Below the pieces are notes generated by a model that saw only the letters and a list, made by a program, of their open reading frames with translations, did no database searches and was not told the origin of the DNA. A program made the translations under genes and the position numbers. A stretch of DNA of 64,000 nucleotides from Candidatus Aminicenantes bacterium (GTDB lineage: Bacteria; Acidobacteriota; Aminicenantia; Aminicenantales; UBA8522): assembly GCA_963726335.1 (NCBI GenBank), contig CAVSCD010000011.1, forward strand, positions 283,540 to 347,539, read 5' to 3'. Positions 19,550 through 29,016 of the stretch are shown here, piece by piece. Position 1 is the stretch's first letter; each line of letters opens with the position of its first letter.

Positions 19550-20419
19550 TCACCTGCAGAGCTCCGGCGGGATGGCGAACACGGGCCGGTCGCTGTAGGA
19601 GATGACCTTCTCCGTGGTGCTCCCGAGGATCAGGCGCCCGAGCGCGCCGATGCAGGTCTCGATGACGATGAGGTCGCAGTGGCGTTCCGCCGAATACTCG
19701 ACGATGCCGTGGACGGCGGTGACCGCGCGGATGACATCATGCTCCACCGTGATGTCCTTGCCTTCAAGCGTCGCCTTCTTCTTGAACTTGGCCAGGACGG
19801 ATTCGAACATATCGTCCACCATCCGGAACTCGTGTCCGTGGAGCTCAAGAACGTACAGGAAGGTCAGCGATGCGGACAGGCCCTTGGCCACCTTCCAGGC
19901 ATACTCTCTCTCAATATCTTCCTTCTTGCCGAAGTCCGTGGGGACGAGGATTTTCTTGATCTCCGGCCCGGATTTTCTCTTCTTGGTCACGAGCACGGGG
20001 ACATGGGAATGCCGCAGGACATGGTTGGCCACGCTGCCGACCAGCGGGTTGCCCAGCTGGCTCTCGCCCGTCTTGCCCATGACGATCAGGTCGGCCTTCT
20101 CGGCTTCCGCTGTCTCCAGGATCTTCTTTGCCGGCGAGCCCTGGGCGACGAGGGACTTCTTGAAACTGACGCCCTTCTCTTTCCCGGCGTCCTCGAGCCG
20201 GGCCTGGGCTTCCTGCTTGATATCGTCGGTCCGGCGGATCATCTCCTGGATGAGGGCCGGATACTCATTATAGAGGGCCAGGCTGAAGTCGGGCGTGACA
20301 TTGAGCGCCGTGATCTCGGCGCCGAAGGCCCGGGCGAAGGTCTGGGCATAGGCGAGGGCGGCCTGGCCTTCGTCCGAAAAGTCGGTCGCCCAGAGAATAT
20401 TCTTGATGAATTCTTTCAT
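19550..20419 (-). CDS. Tandem universal stress protein
   Basis: ILWATDFS, DLIVMGKTG, VGSVA, ILVPTDF, LGSTTEKV; start at MKEFIK. Confidence 0.92.
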   Translation of the reverse strand: MKEFIKNILWATDFSDEGQAALAYAQTFARAFGAEITALNVTPDFSLALYNEYPALIQEMIRRTDDIKQEAQARLEDAGKEKGVSFKKSLVAQGSPAKKILETAEAEKADLIVMGKTGESQLGNPLVGSVANHVLRHSHVPVLVTKKRKSGPEIKKILVPTDFGKKEDIEREYAWKVAKGLSASLTFLYVLELHGHEFRMVDDMFESVLAKFKKKATLEGKDITVEHDVIRAVTAVHGIVEYSAERHCDLIVIETCIGALGRLILGSTTEKVISYSDRPVFAIPPELCR

Positions 20420-20523
20420 GCGGACTCTCCTCCTAGGGGAAATCGCGGCCGGACGTCCGATCCCCCGCCGGCGATTATCACTATAACCCGCCTTCTGCCT
20501 CATGGCAAGAAGAGGATCGGGCA

Positions 20524-20776
20524 CGATCAACCGCTATCGTCCTTGCTCCCATTCGGGTTTTTAACGCCGTTCACTCAACGCTCGCCTCGGCGGCTGCGTA
20601 ACTCGCGTCTTAGATTCACTCATCATCACGTTGATTCTCTTTGTTTTTCTCGCGGATTTTCCCATCTTCGTTTCGAGCTCAATACATACTCGCCGCTCCA
20701 AAGGCAGAGTTCCCTCGCCGAGCATTTCGCGAAGGCTAAACCCTCAATGGTCGCGACGGCCAATAGCGGTCGATCG
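20524..20776 (-). ncRNA. Candidate structured ncRNA or fold-back element (family II, copy B)
   Basis: 16-bp terminal arms fully paired (2 G-U) on the minus strand; shares 26-nt GCGGCGAGTATGTATTGAGCTCGAAA and other blocks with copy A. Confidence 0.55.
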
Positions 20777-20823
20777 TTCAGGCCCCCCAACTTCTTCTGT
20801 CTATATTATTAAATCCGAAGAGG

Positions 20824-22134
20824 TTACCGGCCCATGAGGACGGAGCTGCCGGTGAAGAAGGTCCCGGCGACGGCGGCCGTCATCAGCCCGACCAGGGTCG
20901 CCGCGACGAGCGCCCGGAACCCGAGCCGCGAGAGGTCGCGGTACCGGCTCGGCGCCAGCGCCCCCACGCCGCCGACGAAGATGGCGAGCGAGGCCACGTG
21001 GGCGAAGCCGCAGATGGCATAGGAGGCGATCAGGGCCGAGCGGGGGTTGCGCAGAGTGCCCCCGGCCATGAGCTGCGCCAGGTGCTGGAAGGAAGCGACC
21101 TCGGTCGCCACGGTCCGTTCGCCGACGATCCGGGCGACCGCCGCCGCGTCAGCCGGAGGAACGCCGGTGACAAGGACGAACGGATAGAAAAGGTAGCCCA
21201 GGAACGTCCGGAACGACCACTCCACCTGCCAGCCGAGCCAGCCGTTGAGGTAGCCGCCGAACCACCCGAGAACGAGGTCGAGCAGGGCCAGAATGCCCAG
21301 GAAAGACAGGAGCAGGGTGATGATCCCGCCGAGAAGCTGCAGCCCGCTTTTCGATCCGTCGATGATGGCCAGGATCAGGTTGTCCTGTCGATCGTAGTGC
21401 GGTTTGATATCCACGCCCAGGGTCAGGGGAGTGCCGGTCTCGGGCATCATCAGCTTGGAGATGACCAGCGTCGCCGGCGCCGCCAAGACCGACGCCGAGA
21501 CGAGATGGCCCGCGATCGTCGGCATTTGACTCTGCAGCAGAAAGACGTAGACGGCCAGGACGGTCGAAGCGATGGTCGACATGCCGGCTGTCAGGATGGT
21601 CGTCAGCTCCGAGCGGGTCATGTCCGCCAGGTGGGGCCGGACCGTCAGGGACGATTCGACGCCGACGAAGATCTCGCTCGAGACGCAGAGCGACTCCGCG
21701 CCGCTCACCCTCATGAGCCGGGTGAAGACGCGGGCGAAGAGCCGGATGAAGAAGGGCATGATGCCCAGGTAGTAAAGGACGCCGATCAGGGCGGCGAAGA
21801 AGATGATCGTCGAGAGCCCCTGGAAGGCCAGGATATAGCCGAGCGACGTTTCGCCGCCCTCGCCCGTGGCGCCCGGAGGCAGGGCCAGCCGGCCGAAGAC
21901 GAAGCGCGTTCCGGCCTGGGCGCTGTCGAGGACCTTGACGACGACTTGGTTGACGAACAGGAAGATCTTCGTTCCCGCCGGCACGACGAAGATGAAGAAG
22001 GCGAACAGGAACTGGAGGCCGATCCCCCAGAGGAGGACCCGCCAGTTCACGACCTTCCGGTTCGCCGAAATCAGCCAGGCGAACCCGGCGATGACGAAGA
22101 TCCCGAGGAAGCTCACCAGGTTATAGGTTTCCAT
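20824..22134 (-). CDS. nupC: Concentrative nucleoside transporter (NupC/CNT family)
   Basis: WGIGLQF, IIFFAALI..LYYLG, SGAES, FVG, GMSTIA, ICGFA. Confidence 0.9.
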   Translation of the reverse strand: METYNLVSFLGIFVIAGFAWLISANRKVVNWRVLLWGIGLQFLFAFFIFVVPAGTKIFLFVNQVVVKVLDSAQAGTRFVFGRLALPPGATGEGGETSLGYILAFQGLSTIIFFAALIGVLYYLGIMPFFIRLFARVFTRLMRVSGAESLCVSSEIFVGVESSLTVRPHLADMTRSELTTILTAGMSTIASTVLAVYVFLLQSQMPTIAGHLVSASVLAAPATLVISKLMMPETGTPLTLGVDIKPHYDRQDNLILAIIDGSKSGLQLLGGIITLLLSFLGILALLDLVLGWFGGYLNGWLGWQVEWSFRTFLGYLFYPFVLVTGVPPADAAAVARIVGERTVATEVASFQHLAQLMAGGTLRNPRSALIASYAICGFAHVASLAIFVGGVGALAPSRYRDLSRLGFRALVAATLVGLMTAAVAGTFFTGSSVLMGR

Positions 22135-22213
22135 GTTTCGCCCTTGTTTCCTGATCACGGGTCCTGTCACGGCGCGCCCCTGTCCGTCCTCGCGCCTCAC
22201 CCGTCAAGAGAGG

Positions 22214-22258
22214 GGTCCCCGTCGCTCCGGGCGGGCAGGGGCTGGCGCCGTGCCACCC
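22214..22258 (-). repeat. REP-like 45-bp repeat (family IV)
   Basis: 42/45 identity to 8547-8591. Confidence 0.8.
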
Positions 22259-22277
22259 CTGATCAGGGACAGTAGTT

Positions 22278-22544
22278 TTAATCGCTGTTTCCTTCTACAG
22301 CTACTAACTTGATTCTTGAGGCGGCGCCGCGGACGAGGCGGAGGCGCGAGACGGGAATCTCGAGATACGAAGCCAGCGCCTCCAGCACCTCCTGGTTGGC
22401 CCGGCCCTTATCGGGAGGCGCCGTGACGTGGACCTTGAACTCGCGGGGCCCCAGCTCTTCGAGCTTGGCCCGGCGCGCCGAGGGGTGGACGCGAACGGAG
22501 AGAAGCGCGGGCGGCGGTCCGGCTTGGCGGCTGAGCGCGGTCAT
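22278..22544 (-). CDS. DUF167/YggU family protein
   Basis: VRVHPSA, VTAPPDKGRAN, GAASRIK. Confidence 0.9.
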   Translation of the reverse strand: MTALSRQAGPPPALLSVRVHPSARRAKLEELGPREFKVHVTAPPDKGRANQEVLEALASYLEIPVSRLRLVRGAASRIKLVAVEGNSD

Positions 22545-22629
22545 GGGGCCAGGTCCCGCGGCTGACGGAGACAGAGGACATCCCCGGGCCGCCAAGCCCG
22601 GCATCGGCCGGAGGGATGACGCCGCCGTC

Positions 22630-23406
22630 TCAGCGAAGGATGTCCTTGTACTTGCCGAAGAGCTCCCGGAGCTGCTCCTTGGTGATGATATAGCCGCTGA
22701 TGTAGAGCGACAGCGTCGAGCGCATCGGGTCGTTGGACTTGATGAGGACGTACTCGCGGACCGCGCCCGTGCGGTTCTGCGTCGGGATGCGGATGAGGAC
22801 GCCGGCGTCCTTGCCCGCGGCGATCTTGAGCGGCACGGGCGCCGGCTTGCCGGCGATGTCGTAGGCGGCGCTCCGGTGGTTGAACTCGACCCGGAGCTCG
22901 AGCTCGCCCCGGTTCATGATCTTCAGGTCGGCCAGGAGCTCGTCGCCCTCGACCATCAGCCCCGCGTCATAATTGTAAGGATCGATCTCGATCTTGGCGG
23001 AGGGCGGGACCTCGATCTCGGCTTTGATCTCGAGGGGCCGTTGCGGATCCTTGGGGTCGTTGGACTGGACGTAAACGACCTTGGTAATCTGTCCGCTGTA
23101 GCCCCGGGAGTCGAATTTGACCTCGATCTTGCCGCTCTTTCCGGGCGGGATCGCCCGGTCGGAAACGAGCGCCGCCGTGCAGCCGCAGGAGGTCGAGACC
23201 TTCTCGATCGTCAGCGTGTCATCGCCCTCGTTGGCGAAGACGAATTCGTGACTGGCGATGTCCCCCTGCTTGATCTTGCCGAAGTCCCAGGCCGTCTCCT
23301 TAAACTTGATCTTCGGCGTCCCGGCCCCGGCCGCCACGGCCAAGAACGGGAGTATGAAGAGGCCCGCAAGAAGCACGATGACCCCGCCTGTCGAACGCTT
23401 GTTCAT
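22630..23406 (-). CDS. DUF1573-domain exported protein
   Basis: Signal peptide; DFGKI, FANEG..L.I..VSTSCGCT, IPPGKSG, SNDP (x2). Confidence 0.88.
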   Translation of the reverse strand: MNKRSTGGVIVLLAGLFILPFLAVAAGAGTPKIKFKETAWDFGKIKQGDIASHEFVFANEGDDTLTIEKVSTSCGCTAALVSDRAIPPGKSGKIEVKFDSRGYSGQITKVVYVQSNDPKDPQRPLEIKAEIEVPPSAKIEIDPYNYDAGLMVEGDELLADLKIMNRGELELRVEFNHRSAAYDIAGKPAPVPLKIAAGKDAGVLIRIPTQNRTGAVREYVLIKSNDPMRSTLSLYISGYIITKEQLRELFGKYKDILR

Positions 23407-23595
23407 CTGTCCACCTCGCACTATCGAGAATTTACACTTTTTGCGCGTCCGAGGCAAGAGTCAGGCTCGCGCCGGGTCGCTTGAGGGCAGGCCGCGATAT
23501 CCCGCGGCGACTTTTGGGAGGGGACGGGTTGACGGCGGAGCCGCTTCCCGTTTCCCGGCTGAGGGCGTGTATTTTAAATAGAAGCCGTAATTTCG

Positions 23596-23625
23596 TTGAC
23601 AGGGATTTCAGCGCGCCTCTATAAT
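23596..23625 (+). promoter_or_regulatory. Consensus sigma70 promoter
   Basis: TTGACA-18 bp-TATAAT. Confidence 0.7.
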
Positions 23626-23649
23626 GGGCATGAATTCCGGGACAAAAAA

Positions 23650-24888
23650 ATGCGCAATAAATTCCGCAGCCTTTTGACAATCATTCTCCTCGCTTTCCTC
23701 ATGGCGCCTGGCCTTGTTCTTAAAGCGGCCGGCGCACAGACCATCACGCTCCAGGTGACCGCCGAACTGGCCATCGTCCGGCAGAAGCCCGACATCATGA
23801 GCCCCGTAGTCAAGCAGCTGATCGCGGGCGCTGTGCTGGAAGCGGAAAAAAAAGAGGGCGAATGGTATGAGGTCAAGGTGGACCTGGACTCGGGCGGAAC
23901 GATCTTAGGCTATGTCCACGAGAGCCTCGTCCGGGTCGTCTCGGGCGCACCGGCCGGGGCCCAGCCGGCTTCGCAGACTGACAAAGAGCCGCCCCCGGAG
24001 AAAGTCGAGGAGAAGCCGGTGAAACCCGCGGCTGAGACGACCGAGCCGTCGGCGCCCGCACCCGCCGCGAAGCCGCCGGCCTCGTCAACAAAGCCCCCGG
24101 AATCCCCGGCCCCCAAAGAACCGGCCCGCCACGCGGTTTCCATCTGGTACGGCGGGAGGTACGCCATGGTCGCGGACCTCAACGACGGAGCGGCGGGCAT
24201 GGCCGACTATTTCGCGGCCCGACTGGCCGCCGACCCCTCGAACGACGTGGACTCTGTCCACGTCGGGGACGCTTTCGGCGCCGAGTACCGCCGCTCTTTG
24301 ACCAGCGGTCTCGACATCGCCATCGGCGCCGGGTATTTTTCCGCGGAAAACTCCAGCACCATCAATTTCAAGGGCCAGCCGACGACGACGCGCTACATGA
24401 CGACGCCCAGCGTCAGCGCCATTCCCGTCAGCCTGTCGCTCGTCTTCCGACCGATGAAGAGGATCTATATTAAGGCCGGGCTTGAGCTGGCCTTCGCCCA
24501 CTGTGAATATCTCTACAGGTTCGAAGAGGGCGGCGCGGTCCAGGAATGGCAGGGCAGCGCCGATGACGTCGGGATCGGTCTGGCGCTCGCCGCAGGCTAC
24601 GAGCTGCGACTGTCGGATACCTTCTCTCTCTTCGCCGAGGCCGGTTACAGGAAGCTCCAGATGGACACTCTGGACGGGGAAGAGATTTACCTCGAATCCG
24701 GAAAATCCGACGTCACGACGACGGGCTCCCTTTACTTCAGCCGGAGCGCCCTGCCCGACGGCTCAACGTATGCCGCAGTGTTCATCCACCCGGACTTCCC
24801 GGGGGGAGCCGGCGTGGTCGAGGCCCGGAGAGCCGAGCTCTCGCTTTCCGGGGCCAGCCTGCAGTTGGGCCTGAGGTTCAACTTCTAG
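23650..24888 (+). CDS. SH3b domain + Pro-rich linker + outer-membrane beta-barrel protein
   Basis: Signal peptide; VRQKP...GEWYEV...GYVHESLV; amphipathic strands ending LGLRFNF. Confidence 0.8.
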   Translation: MRNKFRSLLTIILLAFLMAPGLVLKAAGAQTITLQVTAELAIVRQKPDIMSPVVKQLIAGAVLEAEKKEGEWYEVKVDLDSGGTILGYVHESLVRVVSGAPAGAQPASQTDKEPPPEKVEEKPVKPAAETTEPSAPAPAAKPPASSTKPPESPAPKEPARHAVSIWYGGRYAMVADLNDGAAGMADYFAARLAADPSNDVDSVHVGDAFGAEYRRSLTSGLDIAIGAGYFSAENSSTINFKGQPTTTRYMTTPSVSAIPVSLSLVFRPMKRIYIKAGLELAFAHCEYLYRFEEGGAVQEWQGSADDVGIGLALAAGYELRLSDTFSLFAEAGYRKLQMDTLDGEEIYLESGKSDVTTTGSLYFSRSALPDGSTYAAVFIHPDFPGGAGVVEARRAELSLSGASLQLGLRFNF

Positions 24889-25592
24889 GCCGAAGCCCTC
24901 CCCTCCTGCGCGCCGCTCTTCCTGAGGAGGGCGATGTGCTGAGCGTGGAGGCCACGGAAAAGCGGCACGACGCGCACGACATCGAACCCGGACGCCGCCG
25001 CCTCCCCGCGAAACTCTCGGCCGCTGATCATCTTGATGCGCGTCGTCTTGCGGAGGATTTTGCGACGGACCGCCCGCTGGGCCAGGTGAAGCGGGTTGGC
25101 CTGATAATAAGATACGATCAGCCACTCCCGCGTGGCGCGGTCGAATTCGGCCAAGGCCGCCCGCCGGGCCGGCGATTCATGAAGGTGGTGGAAAAAGCGC
25201 ATCGAGAAGACGAGCGAAAATGTCCCGTTCCTGAACGGCAGGCCCCGGGTCAGGTTGGCGACAACGCCTACGGGATGGACCGGGCCCGCCCCGCGGGAGC
25301 TCGCCCGCCTGACCATGGCGACGGACAAGTCGGCGTCGAAAACCTCAAACCCCGCTGCGCCCAGGAGCCCGGCGAACCGGCCGTAGCCGCAGGGGGCGTC
25401 GAGCGCGCGGGCCGCCTCGCCCTCCCCCAGACCCGGCGGCGCCGCGGCCGCCGGCGAACACAGGGACAAGAGCTTCTTCAGGATGCGCCTCTCGCGGGCG
25501 TTGACGAGACGCTGGTCGAGCCCCCGGTATCGCTTGCGCTCGTAGTCCGCGACTTCGTTCGCCTGGAACCCGACGTCAACTAAAAAAAACAT
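24885..25592 (-). CDS. Class I SAM methyltransferase
   Basis: LDAPCGYGRF, DLSVAM, LPF, RFFHH; start uncertain. Confidence 0.85.
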   Translation of the reverse strand: MFFLVDVGFQANEVADYERKRYRGLDQRLVNARERRILKKLLSLCSPAAAAPPGLGEGEAARALDAPCGYGRFAGLLGAAGFEVFDADLSVAMVRRASSRGAGPVHPVGVVANLTRGLPFRNGTFSLVFSMRFFHHLHESPARRAALAEFDRATREWLIVSYYQANPLHLAQRAVRRKILRKTTRIKMISGREFRGEAAASGFDVVRVVPLFRGLHAQHIALLRKSGAQEGRASA

Positions 25593-26850
25593 ACTGAGGC
25601 CTCTCTTCGATGCGGATGGCGCTCCCCAAGGCGGCCGGGCTCTCCCGGCCGTCGAGCCCGACGACGAAGCGCGGCGCTTTGGGGAAGACGTGGTCGACGC
25701 CGCCCCGCACGGTCCAGCAGACCGCGAAGTCATCGCTTCCTTTCCGGAAGTTGTAGATTTCGGCCGGGGCGCCGGCCGTCTTGCCCTCGAAACGGCTGCC
25801 CTCGACAAGACGGACGAGCGTCTGCAGCGCGAAATAGCCCGGACGCCGCCGCCAGGCCGGCTCCCGGTTATCGATGAGGCCATAACCCGGGGCGGCGAGC
25901 TGCCACCAGTACATCCTCTCGACGAGCCCGCTCGACGCGCCGATCACGAAATACCGCACAAGATAGTTTGCCTGCGCCTCTTCGGTGACGCTGGGCTTTC
26001 CGGGCGCCGGCGAGTACCGGCCCGTGCCCTCGAGCGGCCAGTTGAATTCCGTGATCCAGCAGCCGCGGGGCTCGCGGAGCGACCGGTCGACGACGGCTCT
26101 CCAGAGGGCGAGCTTCTTGGCCATGGTCCAGCCGAACTGGGCGCTCTCCGGCGCGCCCGTCCGGTCCACATAGAGGAGCGAGCTGACCTTGTCGAAGGCA
26201 AGGCGCCGGAGTACCGGCGGGTAGAGGTGGAACTCGAAATCGATGACCGCGGGCCCGACGACACGGACGCCGTGGGCGGCGGCGAGCTCGAGCGCCGGCG
26301 CGGCGAGGGCGACATATTCGCGCCAGTCCCAGACGCCCCATTTCGTCCGGTTCCAGGCGTGCCCGACCTCGAAATGCGAGGCGGACGGGGCGAGCGCGGA
26401 GAAGGCGTCGGCCAGGAAGCCCCGCCAGCCGGACGGGGCGAGGACGTCGTCGCGGCGCTGGAGCAGGGCGATGACGACGTCCAGGCCCTCGCGGCGGAGA
26501 AGGGCGGTGAAGGCGGCGTGGCGGCCGAGGCGGTCGCGCTCCCAGGAGGGAACACGGACGAGCGTCTGCCGGATGCCCGCCGACTTCAGGGCGCCGATGA
26601 TCTCCTCCTCCCGGCCGGGAACCGGTGAGCAGGCGAGGGCGAAAGGCGAACCGATGTCCACGGGGCGGCGGTGCAGGTGCTTCATGTGCTCGCGGTAGCG
26701 CCGGAGCGCGGGGGCGGCGGCGGCCAGGTCGGAGGCGATCAGGCTGAAGTAGCTCCCCGCGTGCCTGAGATGGTGGCGCGTCCGCTCGCGCCGCGGGGCG
26801 ACGTTGTGCGGCTGGTCGGCATATTCGTTCCAGGCGAAAGGAAAGCTCAT
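25576..26850 (-). CDS. Glycoside hydrolase-like TIM barrel (clan GH-A-like)
   Basis: FEVGHAWN, WITEFNW (candidate nucleophile), QANYLVRY, YWWQL...YGL. Confidence 0.65.
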   Translation of the reverse strand: MSFPFAWNEYADQPHNVAPRRERTRHHLRHAGSYFSLIASDLAAAAPALRRYREHMKHLHRRPVDIGSPFALACSPVPGREEEIIGALKSAGIRQTLVRVPSWERDRLGRHAAFTALLRREGLDVVIALLQRRDDVLAPSGWRGFLADAFSALAPSASHFEVGHAWNRTKWGVWDWREYVALAAPALELAAAHGVRVVGPAVIDFEFHLYPPVLRRLAFDKVSSLLYVDRTGAPESAQFGWTMAKKLALWRAVVDRSLREPRGCWITEFNWPLEGTGRYSPAPGKPSVTEEAQANYLVRYFVIGASSGLVERMYWWQLAAPGYGLIDNREPAWRRRPGYFALQTLVRLVEGSRFEGKTAGAPAEIYNFRKGSDDFAVCWTVRGGVDHVFPKAPRFVVGLDGRESPAALGSAIRIEERPQYVFFS

Positions 26851-26851
26851 A

Positions 26852-28855
26852 TCACTGGATCCCGAGCGCGCGCGCCAGCCGCCGCAGGCGCAGCCGGCGC
26901 TTGAGCGCGAGATAGTTCGTGAAGACGGACTTGTTGATCTTGTACCACAGGCGCGGCAGCGCCGGCGGCGGCCCGCCGTAATACCGGGTCAGGAAATGAT
27001 CGCGGTGGGAGGCGGGGATGCCCAGGCGGATGAGGTTCTTGGCGCGGGCGAACCGGCCCAGGCGGCGGCGGACGCGGATGCGGTTGGTATCGAGAAGCAA
27101 GAATTCAAAGCTCCCCGCGGCCGATGTCCTGACGAGCACGTTGCCGTCCGAGAGGTCTCTGTGGAGGATGCCTTTGTCGTGGACGGATGAGAGGTGCGCG
27201 GCCAGGGCGTCGAGCAGGGATTCGAATTCCCGGTTGGGAAGCTGCCTGAACAGCCCGCGGACTTCGACGGCGCCCGCGACCCGCTCCGCCAAAAAATAGC
27301 TCCGGTCGACGAACCCGCGTTTCCTTTTGGCGAACCAGGCCACGGGGCGCGCCGTGCCCAGGCCGCGATCGGTCAGCGCGGCGGCGCCCCGCCAGGCCCT
27401 TTCGGCCTTGGAGCGAAGGACGAGCGACTTCAGCTTATTGACCCCGCGGGAAGAGAGCTCCTTGACGATGATGTCGGCGACCTCGCACGAAGCACACGGC
27501 AGGGGCAGGCGGACGATGATATTGCGGCCTTCGCTCAGGACCTCGGCCCCCTGACGCGAGCGGAGGCGTTCGAACGGCGCCAGAGCCTCCAGGAACACAC
27601 GGTCATCGCAGGCGGCCGCGATCATGCCTTTGTATCCGTCGATCTCTTTGGGGACGGCCTTGAGCCCGGGGACAGTCCCGGGGCCGGACGAGCCCCCGGC
27701 CTGCGCCCGTCCCCGGCCTGCGCCCGTCCCCGTTCTCTGCTCCAGTATCTCCCGGAGCGCGGCGCCGAGGGCGGCCGGCTGGAATTTTTCCCAGGTCAGC
27801 TCATAGCCTCTCCGGGCGATCGATTCGCGGAGGCCGGCATTATTCTTGAGCGCCAGGATGGCGTCCGCCAGCGATTCCGGCCTGGAGTTATCGCAAAGAT
27901 AGATATCCCGTCCGTGCTCGAAGAACTCCGTGACGGCCGGCGTGCGGGCGGTGACGACCGCCTTGGCCATGGCCATCGCCTGGAAGATCTTGTGGGGAAC
28001 GACGCGGCCGGCCTTCTCCGTCCGGCCGAAGATCCCGAGACAGACATCCGCCCTGAAGGCCACCGTCCCCGCGAGTGCCGCCTGGCCCTGCCAGCCCTCG
28101 AAATAGATGTTCCCGAGTCCAAGCTCCGCGGCGCGCGCCTTGACGTCCGGCAGGGTTCTTCCGCCGCCGATCATCAAGAAGCGAACGCTCTTGTCCCTTT
28201 CCCAAACGCCGCGGGCCGCCTCGATGATGAATTCGACTCCGTGGAGCGGCAGGAAGGAGCCGAAAAAAGCCGCGGTGAAGGCCGCCCCCGCGGGCTGAGC
28301 CGCCCGGGCCGCCTGCCCGGCCCGCGCCACGTCACGGCTGAAGACCCGGTCGTCAAACCCGACGGGGATAACGGCGAACCTATTTTGGGGCAACCCGAAG
28401 AAACGGGCGTAATAATCCCGGTGCGCCGCGGTATCGGCGAGGATAAGATCGGAAAAGCGGAAGGCCAGCGCGTCGATCCGCCTGTTCCACCAGGCGGCGA
28501 GGGATGCGCTCGACCGCCAGCCCCAGTCCACGATCTTGGTCTCGAACCGGGAGGCCAAGGGGTCGAAAATGACGCGCCGCGAACCCAAGACGGAGAGAAA
28601 ACGCGCCAGCGGAATGTCCTTCTGGCAGAATTCGGGGACGAAAATATCACGGCATCGGTTTCGGCCGCCGGCGTCTCTCGAGCGGGCGCCCTGCGCCAGC
28701 CACTCCGACGCGAGCCGCGGGTAACGCAGCCAGAACTTGTATCCGGGCCGGACATGGCACTCCGAGACCGAAACGCCGGCCAGGCCAAGCCCCCGCCTCA
28801 AGACGGCATTCCGCGGATAGTCGCGGTCATATCCTCCGAGAAAACAGACGTCCAT
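26852..28855 (-). CDS. GT4 glycosyltransferase fused to a Kdo/WaaP-like lipopolysaccharide kinase
   Basis: FFGSFLPLHG, VPHKIFQAMA GT4 motifs; VKE...HRDLSDGNVL...LLDTNR kinase motifs. Confidence 0.85.
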   Translation of the reverse strand: MDVCFLGGYDRDYPRNAVLRRGLGLAGVSVSECHVRPGYKFWLRYPRLASEWLAQGARSRDAGGRNRCRDIFVPEFCQKDIPLARFLSVLGSRRVIFDPLASRFETKIVDWGWRSSASLAAWWNRRIDALAFRFSDLILADTAAHRDYYARFFGLPQNRFAVIPVGFDDRVFSRDVARAGQAARAAQPAGAAFTAAFFGSFLPLHGVEFIIEAARGVWERDKSVRFLMIGGGRTLPDVKARAAELGLGNIYFEGWQGQAALAGTVAFRADVCLGIFGRTEKAGRVVPHKIFQAMAMAKAVVTARTPAVTEFFEHGRDIYLCDNSRPESLADAILALKNNAGLRESIARRGYELTWEKFQPAALGAALREILEQRTGTGAGRGRAQAGGSSGPGTVPGLKAVPKEIDGYKGMIAAACDDRVFLEALAPFERLRSRQGAEVLSEGRNIIVRLPLPCASCEVADIIVKELSSRGVNKLKSLVLRSKAERAWRGAAALTDRGLGTARPVAWFAKRKRGFVDRSYFLAERVAGAVEVRGLFRQLPNREFESLLDALAAHLSSVHDKGILHRDLSDGNVLVRTSAAGSFEFLLLDTNRIRVRRRLGRFARAKNLIRLGIPASHRDHFLTRYYGGPPPALPRLWYKINKSVFTNYLALKRRLRLRRLARALGIQ

Positions 28856-29016
28856 GGTGATCTTCAAGAAAATAAACCAGATGCGCTTTTTTTGCAATGA
28901 CTGCCGCAACGATACCGCGACGGCGGTGGGAAGCATCCCCCGGCCGGAGCGTCTTCCGTATTGCCGCATGGCCGCGGCGATTGCCTCAGGTCCTGCGTTT
29001 GGGAGAGAATAGGCCC

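Noticed and set aside
25582-25589. A8/T8 tract at the hydrolase-methyltransferase junction as a phase-variation or frameshift fusion site
   Set aside because: Short tract explained by Phe codons in overlapping frames; no other support
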